Shown one piece after another: positions 16,887 to 23,314 of a DNA stretch of 24,777 bases. The position numbers and the translations under genes are program-made. This DNA is from a virus (lineage: Duplodnaviria > Caudoviricetes). The stretch is taken from IMG/VR virus record IMGVR_UViG_3300012971_000077, positions 1-24,777 of that record; one strand, 5' to 3'. Position 1 is the first letter of the stretch; each line of letters begins with the position of its first letter. The notes beneath the pieces were generated by a model. It saw only the letters and a program-made list of their open reading frames with translations. It was not told the DNA's origin and did no database searches.

Positions 16887-17239
16887 TAGCTCTGGTCGAC
16901 CCATGCTAGCCACCGTTCGGCAATGGTGAGCACGTCATCTGACTTGATCATCGGCCGGTACGCTGCGTACTGAGCCGCGGACTTCAACACGCTGAGTCGC
17001 GTGATCGTTCGCCCACGGTCAGTGCTGGTGGTTGGCGCGGAGTCGAGGACCTCGACCTTCTGGATGTAGCCGCGCGGATCGACGTCCAGTTTGACGTGGG
17101 CGCCGACGTCGGGCAGTGCGACGGGCTTGTATTTGCTCACATTCACCCAGTCGCCGTCGAGCTTGAGTCCGTTGTCGTTGACGGCCTCGACGATGCCTTC
17201 GACCTGCACGTTGGCGGGACGTCCGTTGCCAGCCATCAC
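16886..17239 (-). CDS. Putative OB-fold ssDNA-binding/recombination protein (117 aa)
   Basis: Beta-strand pattern 'VEGIVEAVN..GLKLDGDWVNVS...GAHVKLDVD' plus C-terminal helical hairpin; next to Gp157. Confidence 0.5.
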   Translation of the reverse strand: MMAGNGRPANVQVEGIVEAVNDNGLKLDGDWVNVSKYKPVALPDVGAHVKLDVDPRGYIQKVEVLDSAPTTSTDRGRTITRLSVLKSAAQYAAYRPMIKSDDVLTIAERWLAWVDQS

Positions 17240-17781
17240 TTGATCTCCAGGCGCTGAGCGCGGGTGATGTCGACGCCGTGCGGGATCTCGCCGGTCTGCT
17301 TGAAATCTTCGAGGATGGAGCGTTTGTCGACGCTGGTGGTGACCACGGTGCGGATGTACTCAGCCGGCACGAGTTGTTCTTCGAGCACCTGCACCGCGGG
17401 TGGGTTGGTCCTGACCTTCAGTGAGAACCGAACGGTTTCGATGTGCTCGGTGCCGAGAGCTTGCATGTTCCTGAGCAGGTATGCGCGGAGTCGGTCGGCG
17501 CGCTTCTGGTCCGTGTCGGAGCGTTCCTTCAGCCGTTGGGCTTCTGCTTTGCGCATGGCCGAGACACCCTCGAAGTGGGCGATCAGTCCCGCGATGCTTT
17601 CCGCCTTCTGGGTCAGCTTGCCCGCGATGCGGTCGAGCTCGGCTTCGAGGGCTTCGTCGTCGGGTGCTTCTTCGATCAGGTCCAGCACGCGCAGATAGTC
17701 CGCGCTGAGGTCGTACAGGGTCGTGGAGCGTTCCGCCGCGAGCATGAACTCGCGGCTCGTTTTCTCAAGAGTGGTGGTCAT
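17236..17781 (-). CDS. Siphovirus Gp157-family protein (181 aa)
   Basis: 'TLYDLSADY', 'KAEAQRLKER', 'RLRAYL..M', 'NPPAVQV..E.LVPAEY', 'VDKRSI...K..GE.PHGV.I....RLEIK'. Confidence 0.9.
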   Translation of the reverse strand: MTTTLEKTSREFMLAAERSTTLYDLSADYLRVLDLIEEAPDDEALEAELDRIAGKLTQKAESIAGLIAHFEGVSAMRKAEAQRLKERSDTDQKRADRLRAYLLRNMQALGTEHIETVRFSLKVRTNPPAVQVLEEQLVPAEYIRTVVTTSVDKRSILEDFKQTGEIPHGVDITRAQRLEIK

Positions 17782-18038
17782 CGCACGCGTGCCTTGTCCA
17801 TCAGGTGCTCGAGCTCGTACTTGTGAGGCTCGTCTGCTTCTGAGTTCATCAGTGCGTCTTGCTGCCGCCACCCCTTCTGTGCCTCGTTCAGCAGGTCGAG
17901 CATGCGCGGGTAGCCGCGGAAATTGTTGGCCATGATGATGGTCAGATCGGCGGCTACGCCTTTGCCATCGATGCGAGCGTTGCGACCGATCTGGAATGCG
18001 CGGATCAGGTCCGCGCTAGTTACACGTGAGCGATTCAT
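17778..18038 (-). CDS. Hypothetical early protein (86 aa)
   Basis: ATGA coupling at both ends. Confidence 0.65.
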   Translation of the reverse strand: MNRSRVTSADLIRAFQIGRNARIDGKGVAADLTIIMANNFRGYPRMLDLLNEAQKGWRQQDALMNSEADEPHKYELEHLMDKARVR

Positions 18039-18292
18039 GCTGCTGCTAGAGCCTCGTGGATGCGAACGGCGGTCATGTGCTTGCACTCAGAGACACGGTA
18101 GGTCCGGTCGGGGCAAGTGCAGAAATCCGCGGTAGCGAAGTAATGCTTGTCGGAGTCCTTGCTGGAGGGGATGCCGAACAGCGTCTGTCCATCGCGACGT
18201 GTGCAGCGGATCCACTGGCCAGCATCCGCGGCGATGTAGATCGCGCGCTGTGTCCTGGGATCGGCCAGGTCGATGGTGCTGTTCGAGTTCAT
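18035..18292 (-). CDS. SWIM zinc-finger protein (85 aa), probably leaderless
   Basis: CTCPD...CKH motif; ATG 6 nt after a -10 element. Confidence 0.85.
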   Translation of the reverse strand: MNSNSTIDLADPRTQRAIYIAADAGQWIRCTRRDGQTLFGIPSSKDSDKHYFATADFCTCPDRTYRVSECKHMTAVRIHEALAAA

Positions 18293-18298
18293 GCAAGC

Positions 18299-18327
18299 AT
18301 GGTACATCTATCGCATTGCAATTTCAA
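18299..18327 (-). promoter_or_regulatory. Leftward early promoter TTGAAA-N17-TACCAT
   Basis: Near-consensus hexamers with 17-bp spacer, then 6 nt to ATG 18292. Confidence 0.75.
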
Positions 18328-18352
18328 GGGTGTAATGCAATAATGGCACCAT
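18299..18352. other. Candidate attP for the serine integrase (54-bp imperfect dyad centred on 18325-18326)
   Basis: Two 27-bp arms with 17/27 symmetric positions (outer ATGGT/ACCAT, inner TATCGCATTGCA/TGTAATGCAATA), asymmetric centre, directly upstream of int. Confidence 0.65.
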
Positions 18353-18363
18353 TCTGCTAGGAT
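18335..18363 (+). promoter_or_regulatory. Candidate integrase promoter ATGCAA-N17-TAGGAT (extended -10 TGcTAGGAT)
   Basis: 9 nt before the GTG start; no SD. Confidence 0.5.
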
Positions 18364-18372
18364 TGTGACGCT

Positions 18373-20022
18373 GTGCCGCGGCTCAAAAAGACCCACCGCT
18401 TCAAGATCGAATCCCTTGAGTTCGATCCCGAGACACCCTTCGAACGGCGCCGAGCCGTCTACTCGCGCTTGTCTGACGACGACGACGACTCCGTCTCCCA
18501 CGACGTGCAGGACCAGGCGAGCTACGACTGGTGCCGCCAGCACGACCTCGTGCCTGTCAAGGTCTACCGTGACTGGCGCACTGGCCTCGATCCGAAACGC
18601 ATGGCGTGGCAGCAGATGTTCGAAGACGCCCACAAGGGCGAGCACGCCGGCGTGGTGTTCTACGACCACACGCGTTTTCATCGCGGGCTGCAGGGCGCCT
18701 ATCCCGTGGTGCTGTTCCACCAGGAACTCCCTACCTACCAGTTCAACGCCACGCACGGGCCGTACGACATCGACCAGGTGGCGATCTGGTCGTACATGAG
18801 CGGTCAGGAGCTCGAGACCACGCGCCGCCGCTCGATGTCTCAGAGGGCGGAGCGCACACGCCGCGGCCAATGGGTGGCGGGGAAAAAGCCGTACTGGCTG
18901 GAGCGTGACCCGAAGACGCGCATCGCGCACGTGATGCCCGAGCGCGCGCACTACGTGCTCGGGGCCATCGACCGCTACGCGCGCGGCGAACGCATGCTCA
19001 GCATCGCGCAGTGGCTCCAGGCCAACGCACCGCAGGCGCCTGGTCGGACCGCGCGCTGGACGTCGGCGCGCGTGCGTCAGATGTTTCGCAACCCCGCGCT
19101 GTGGGGCAGGCTGGACTACGCGCGGTTCAAGGTGGAGACCGAGCGACGCAACGGCGAGATGTTCGTGGTTGGACGGACCGACAACCCCGACGCGATTCCG
19201 CTCGAGGTGCCGCCGCTGATCCACGCCACGGACCTGGAACGCACCGAGTGTCTGGCCACGGGTGGCTGCGAGCGTGACGGACACATCACCGGCGCGGCAC
19301 TGGACGCGCTGATCACGAGTAACAACCTGAACTACGCCGGCCGCATTGGGCGCACCGTGCATCCGCTGCGTCGGCGCGTGGTGTGTGCCGACGGCTGGCG
19401 CATGGGTTTTCGGGCGAAGACGTACAAGACGAAGGTCTATGACTACGGGTACATGCTGTGTACGCGCGAGCGTCAGCGCGGCAAGAGCGTGGCCGCCGAC
19501 GTACCCGACTGTCCCAACGATGGCATCGGCACGCGCACGTTGTGGCCCATCGTCCGCGACCTGTTCGTCGACGCCGTGAAGCATCCCGATGAGGTGATTG
19601 CCGCGGTCGAGGCCGACATCTTGCGCCAGGCTGCACAGGAAGCGCGTACGGCGTCGGAAGACGCCTCGGTGCTGGAGACGGCCACGCTCGCGCTGCAGGT
19701 GCTTGTCGAGCGCGAGGAGACGCTGTATGTGGACTGGCGCGCCGGCGACATCAGCAAGGCTGTGTACGACCGTCAGCGTTCGTTGATCGCGCACCAGCGT
19801 CTGGAGCACGAGGAGGCTAAGCGGCAGGTGCTCGATCGTCGTCGGATCGTGCAGACGGCGCAGGTGGCGACGGCTGCGTTGCGCGAGGGCCTGGCGTCCG
19901 CGGCCGAGCTGCCGTTCGACGAACTGAGCTGGGAGCACTGGACTGGTCTGTTCGAACGACTCGTGCAGGACGTGGTGCTGGCACCCGACGGGACGCCGAC
20001 GTTGCGCTGGCGTCGGTCTTGA
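18373..20022 (+). CDS. int: Large serine recombinase (integrase), 549 aa
   Basis: 'AVYSRLS' catalytic motif, 'DHTRFHR', 'GQWVAGKKPYWL', 'WTSARVRQMFRNP..WG', Cys-rich zinc-ribbon region and C-terminal coiled coil. Confidence 0.95.
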   Translation: MPRLKKTHRFKIESLEFDPETPFERRRAVYSRLSDDDDDSVSHDVQDQASYDWCRQHDLVPVKVYRDWRTGLDPKRMAWQQMFEDAHKGEHAGVVFYDHTRFHRGLQGAYPVVLFHQELPTYQFNATHGPYDIDQVAIWSYMSGQELETTRRRSMSQRAERTRRGQWVAGKKPYWLERDPKTRIAHVMPERAHYVLGAIDRYARGERMLSIAQWLQANAPQAPGRTARWTSARVRQMFRNPALWGRLDYARFKVETERRNGEMFVVGRTDNPDAIPLEVPPLIHATDLERTECLATGGCERDGHITGAALDALITSNNLNYAGRIGRTVHPLRRRVVCADGWRMGFRAKTYKTKVYDYGYMLCTRERQRGKSVAADVPDCPNDGIGTRTLWPIVRDLFVDAVKHPDEVIAAVEADILRQAAQEARTASEDASVLETATLALQVLVEREETLYVDWRAGDISKAVYDRQRSLIAHQRLEHEEAKRQVLDRRRIVQTAQVATAALREGLASAAELPFDELSWEHWTGLFERLVQDVVLAPDGTPTLRWRRS

Positions 20023-20101
20023 CGTCGCGGGCGTAGATCGACCGCAGCTCGGCGACGTAGCGGCGGAACTCGTCGATCCAGGGAACACCACTCGGGGCCA
20101 C
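19817..20101 (-). CDS. Possible leaderless small protein antisense to the int 3' end (RDF candidate)
   Basis: GTG lies 6 nt after a CAGACT placed identically to the one before ATG 21232; helical N-terminus PWIDEFRRYVAELRSIYARD. Confidence 0.4.
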   Translation of the reverse strand: MAPSGVPWIDEFRRYVAELRSIYARDVKTDASATSASRRVPAPRPARVVRTDQSSAPSSVRRTAARPRTPGPRATQPSPPAPSARSDDDRAPAA

Positions 20102-20107
20102 ACCGAG

Positions 20108-20156
20108 AGTCTGCCTGCGTCGATGTCCACGTGCGCGACATTTACGGCGACTTACT
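20108..20156 (-). promoter_or_regulatory. Left copy of 27-bp conserved motif (20130-20156) plus CAGACT -10-like element
   Basis: Reverse complement AGTAAGTCGCCGTAAATGTCGCGCACG, 25/27 identical to 21176-21202. Confidence 0.8.
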
Positions 20157-20394
20157 ACCGCTGCAGTCTGATCGGTCTGACACCCAGCGCACGCGCGAGT
20201 TTTCTCACCGTTGACGGGCGCAACTCGTGGCCGGCTTCGGCTTTGAGGACCGTGGAACGGGCCACGCCGGCGCGCTCGGCGAGGTCATCCTGGGTGAGTG
20301 CCTGCTCGAGACGAAGCGCGCGTAGACGCGGCACGAGCACCACGTTAGGTAAACCAGAGAACGACGTTCGCTGAACAGTCTCTGCTACGTGCAT
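20155..20394 (-). CDS. XRE-family HTH regulator (~79 aa, no peptidase domain)
   Basis: 'LRALRLEQALTQDDLAERAGVARSTVLKAEAG..RPSTVRKLARALGV'; extended -10 TGcTACACT at 20408-20416 upstream; start uncertain. Confidence 0.9.
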   Translation of the reverse strand: MHVAETVQRTSFSGLPNVVLVPRLRALRLEQALTQDDLAERAGVARSTVLKAEAGHELRPSTVRKLARALGVRPIRLQR

Positions 20395-20556
20395 CTTGGG
20401 GCGCGCTAGTGTAGCATCGCGCATCTTGGATTGTACATACGCCACCTGACTAATTGCCGGTGTGGATGAGGGGGAGACATGATGGGGACACAGAATCTTT
20501 ACCTGGTGTTACCGCGCGTTTACGGTCGGGGAAGCCGCACCCACCCGAAAAGGCCC

Positions 20557-20577
20557 TATACTAGAACACTCGTTCTA
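20557..20577 (+). promoter_or_regulatory. -10 TATACT followed by SOS (LexA) box TAGAAC-ACTC-GTTCTA
   Basis: GAAC-N4-GTTC within perfect 6-bp arms (20562-20577), over the predicted transcription start, followed by AGGGGT and ATG 20590. Confidence 0.8.
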
Positions 20578-20589
20578 AGGGGTAGGGGT

Positions 20590-21168
20590 ATGTCTGGGGC
20601 TAACGCGGAGTTTTCTAATGTCGCCGGATTTGTGCGTCTCATGCAGTATGAGCCGCCGCATGCTGGAGAGATGGGTCCGGAGCAGGCGGACCCGCATCTC
20701 GCGCATGACGCGGAGGACCGATCTGTGCGTATAGGTGATCTTCGGAACCTGGACGAACGTCTCGCTCGCCTCGAGCAGAAGATCGAGGCACAGGAGCCAC
20801 ACCCGACGGCGAGCACATCGCCACGTCGGACGCGCGTGGACAAGTGGGCACCTGACAAACGTCAGCTCGTCGAGGTCAGCAACGAGATCTATCAGGACTA
20901 TCTGCAGGCTCCACGCGATCGGCATCAGGGCCGCAGTCCACTGCTGCACTACTACCACGAGAAGATCAAGGAACGCTTGCCTGGGGCACCCTCGGACAAA
21001 ACGATTCGCGACCGACTGCACGAGTACGGACTGGTGCTCACGGAGTTGCCCTGGCATCTGCCGCTCGCGGCCGGTCTGGTCGGTCTTACGTGGGGCTCGG
21101 TCGATCTGATGATGGACGGCAAACTCGACGGCGTGGTCAATCTGGCGCTGCGCTGCGCCGCTGCCTGA
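20590..21168 (+). CDS. Putative SOS-inducible regulator (192 aa; short coiled coil plus HTH-like region)
   Basis: 'LRNLDERLARLEQKIE' coil; 'YYHEKIKERLPGAPSDKTIRDRLHEYGL' HTH-like. Function is inference. Confidence 0.55.
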   Translation: MSGANAEFSNVAGFVRLMQYEPPHAGEMGPEQADPHLAHDAEDRSVRIGDLRNLDERLARLEQKIEAQEPHPTASTSPRRTRVDKWAPDKRQLVEVSNEIYQDYLQAPRDRHQGRSPLLHYYHEKIKERLPGAPSDKTIRDRLHEYGLVLTELPWHLPLAAGLVGLTWGSVDLMMDGKLDGVVNLALRCAAA

Positions 21169-21175
21169 CCCGATC

Positions 21176-21224
21176 AGTAAGTCGGCATAAATGTCGCGCA
21201 CGGTGGTTTCGGCGCGCTCAGACT
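21176..21224 (+). promoter_or_regulatory. Right copy of 27-bp motif (21176-21202) plus CAGACT (21219-21224)
   Basis: AGTAAGTCGGCATAAATGTCGCGCACG; CAGACT is 7 nt before ATG 21232, which has no SD. Confidence 0.8.
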
Positions 21225-21231
21225 TCGCTCC

Positions 21232-21414
21232 ATGCCATATCTGGGACCACGGCTGAATGTGCCGTTGCGGGAGGATCTGTGGCCACTCCTGCGTTTCTGG
21301 GCCAAGGCCAAGGGGCTCGAGCCACGTGACCTTGGCGCGCACCTGATCGAACGCGGTCTGGTCGAGCTCGAGATGCAGAAACGTCAGTTGCTCGCGACTG
21401 AGACGGCGGCTTAG
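21232..21414 (+). CDS. Small ribbon-helix-helix-like protein (60 aa)
   Basis: 'RLNVPLREDLWPLLRFWAKAKGLEPRDLGAHLIERGL' strand-helix-G-helix pattern. Confidence 0.6.
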   Translation: MPYLGPRLNVPLREDLWPLLRFWAKAKGLEPRDLGAHLIERGLVELEMQKRQLLATETAA

Positions 21415-21431
21415 GGAACGGCGAGTATGAC

Positions 21432-21635
21432 GTGGACAACGACAAGATGAGGCTCGCGCGACGCGAGCACGCTATGCGGTACCCGTCCGCCGAGTACGTG
21501 CTGCCCGTGGTCTGGGACGCGATCAAACGCGTTCGCGATCCTGCTGGCCCGCGCGAGCTCGCGTGTGACCTGCACTACACCGAACGCGGCACGATCGTCG
21601 ACGTCATCGTGCGTCGTCGCGAGACGGTCGGATAG
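21432..21635 (+). CDS. Hypothetical protein (67 aa)
   Basis: Abuts next gene; start uncertain. Confidence 0.55.
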   Translation: MDNDKMRLARREHAMRYPSAEYVLPVVWDAIKRVRDPAGPRELACDLHYTERGTIVDVIVRRRETVG

Positions 21636-22136
21636 ATGGCGCGGTTTTTCATGGGCGCCGTGTTTGGCGTGGTCGTGACCGTGGTTGGCGGCGCCGCGCT
21701 CGGCATCCACGCGGCAAGCGATCCTGTCGTCGACTCGGACGAGCAGGTCCGCGCCGCGGCGGATGACGCCGGCGTCGACGTGATCGACCTGCGCGGTGCG
21801 ATGGCGAGCACCGGCTTACCCGCGCGGACGTACCTGCGCAGCGTGGGCGAGTTGAGCCACCCACTGCCCGAGCCGGCGCCGCCCGTGGTGCCCATCCTCT
21901 CAGCACGCGCGGCGTGCATCATCCGTCACGAGTCGGGCGGTAACCCAGGTGCCGTGAACCCGCGCTCCGGTGCGGCCGGCCTCGGCCAGTTCCTGCGCTC
22001 GACGTGGGCCACGACGCCGCAAGGCAAGGCCGGGCTGAGCGTGTTCGATCCTGCGGCGAATCGCGCGGCCGTGGAGTACATGCTGAACGCGGGCAGGGCG
22101 CGTGAGTTCGTGGCCGTCACCGCGTACGGCTGTTAG
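21636..22136 (+). CDS. Membrane-anchored/secreted lytic transglycosylase (lysozyme-like, SLT/Rpf-type; 166 aa)
   Basis: Hydrophobic N-terminus; 'CIIRHESGGNPGAVNPRSGAAGLGQFLRSTW...FDPAAN'. Confidence 0.88.
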   Translation: MARFFMGAVFGVVVTVVGGAALGIHAASDPVVDSDEQVRAAADDAGVDVIDLRGAMASTGLPARTYLRSVGELSHPLPEPAPPVVPILSARAACIIRHESGGNPGAVNPRSGAAGLGQFLRSTWATTPQGKAGLSVFDPAANRAAVEYMLNAGRAREFVAVTAYGC

Positions 22137-22148
22137 AGGGGGTTGGAG

Positions 22149-22238
22149 ATGGTCGTACTTGTTCTGATTGCGTGGCTGATCGTGGGGCTGTGTGTGTCCG
22201 TGGCGTTCGGCACGTGGGTCAAACGGCGCTACCGATGA
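22149..22238 (+). CDS. 29-aa single-TM peptide MVVLVLIAWLIVGLCVSVAFGTWVKRRYR; absent from ORF track
   Basis: GAGGGGG upstream; ATGA overlap with next ORF. Confidence 0.6.
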   Translation: MVVLVLIAWLIVGLCVSVAFGTWVKRRYR

Positions 22239-22411
22239 GCGTTCGTACGCGCAGCAACGGTCTGTACTTTCGACATGGCCTCGACTTTCGACACGACTAC
22301 CACGCGCGCGGCTCGCTCACGAAACGTTCGAACACGCTGATCCCGGTGGTCGCGATGTCCACGTTGCTGGTGCTGGTCGGTCTCGCGATCTATTTCCATG
22401 TACGTCACTGA
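22235..22411 (+). CDS. Small protein with C-terminal TM (58 aa)
   Basis: ATGA coupling; hydrophobic LIPVVAMSTLLVLVGLAIYF. Confidence 0.55.
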   Translation: MSVRTRSNGLYFRHGLDFRHDYHARGSLTKRSNTLIPVVAMSTLLVLVGLAIYFHVRH

Positions 22412-22455
22412 GTGGTGGGCCACCAGCCATATCGGTGGAGCTTGAAAGGTGACTG

Positions 22456-22872
22456 ATGGGTAGCCTGGATGATCTCCGGCGAGCGGTCGCAGAGGACGAC
22501 GGCAGCTTGCCTGAACGGTGGAACGCGGACGATGAGCCTGGCACCACTCTTGTTGGCACGCTGCTGCGCTACGAGACGATCGTGACTGACTACGGCGAGT
22601 CGCAGGTCGCCGTGATCCAGGACGCTGAAGACGAGACGGTATGGGGGGTAGCGCTGTTTCGGACAGTGCTCAAGAAACGCTTCGACACGCTGAATCCGCA
22701 ACCCGGCGATACGGTGGGGCTCAAGTACGTCGGGCTGGCTGAGCCGCGCAACAAGGGCGCCAACGCGTATCACAACTACGTGCTGCGGGTGATGCGCGGC
22801 ACGTTTGCCAATGGCACCGCTGAGGTCACCGTCGCACGGGAAGCAGCCGACGACGACGAGATCCCTTTCTGA
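22456..22872 (+). CDS. Phage-type ssDNA-binding protein (138 aa)
   Basis: AAAGGTGA RBS; OB-like strands; acidic tail DDDEIPF. Confidence 0.75.
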   Translation: MGSLDDLRRAVAEDDGSLPERWNADDEPGTTLVGTLLRYETIVTDYGESQVAVIQDAEDETVWGVALFRTVLKKRFDTLNPQPGDTVGLKYVGLAEPRNKGANAYHNYVLRVMRGTFANGTAEVTVAREAADDDEIPF

Positions 22873-22876
22873 GGGA

Positions 22877-23314
22877 ATGGTGGACGGTCTCCGCGTAGAG
22901 TTTCGCCTGATCGTCAGCCATGCCGTCGAGCAGCGGTTCGACGCGAACGGTGTCGAACTGCTGCAGTTTCGCGGCAAGGTCGCCGACCTGCGTCTGAAGC
23001 ATCCCGAGGCGCTGGTGCGCTTCGGTGGCAAGCAGCGCGATCAGTTGTACCGCTGGTGTGCGCCCGGCAAGCACATGGCTGTGACCGGCCAACTTGAGAT
23101 CAAGACGTACACCGCTAAGAACGGCGAATCACGCGTCATCCTTCTGGTCGAGGCTAGCGACATTCACCCACTCAACCCGGACGAAGTTGATCATGCGCGC
23201 GAGGGCGTGTACGCGGCACTTGGGCGAACCGCCAGAGTCGCGGCGCCACGGCATGTTACGAAAGAACAGCGCGAGGCATCCGTGCGACGGATGCTGGAGA
23301 TCGACGATGGATGA
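22877..23314 (+). CDS. SSB-family OB-fold protein lacking an acidic tail (145 aa)
   Basis: 'GKHMAVTGQLEIKTYTAKNGESRVILLVEASDIHPL' matches the canonical SSB OB-fold C-terminal half. Confidence 0.75.
   Translation: MVDGLRVEFRLIVSHAVEQRFDANGVELLQFRGKVADLRLKHPEALVRFGGKQRDQLYRWCAPGKHMAVTGQLEIKTYTAKNGESRVILLVEASDIHPLNPDEVDHAREGVYAALGRTARVAAPRHVTKEQREASVRRMLEIDDG

Noticed and set aside
18289-20130. 613-aa minus-strand ORF
   Set aside because: Antisense shadow of the GC-rich integrase; no recognisable motifs.
20359-20369. GAAC-GAC-GTTC as a second SOS box
   Set aside because: Spacer is 3 nt rather than 4, and it probably lies in the XRE coding region.
20479-20589. N-terminal 37 codons of the 229-aa ORF
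   Set aside because: Region contains the -10, SOS box and SD for ATG 20590, so it is more likely non-coding, although an SD-like GAGGGGG does precede 20479.
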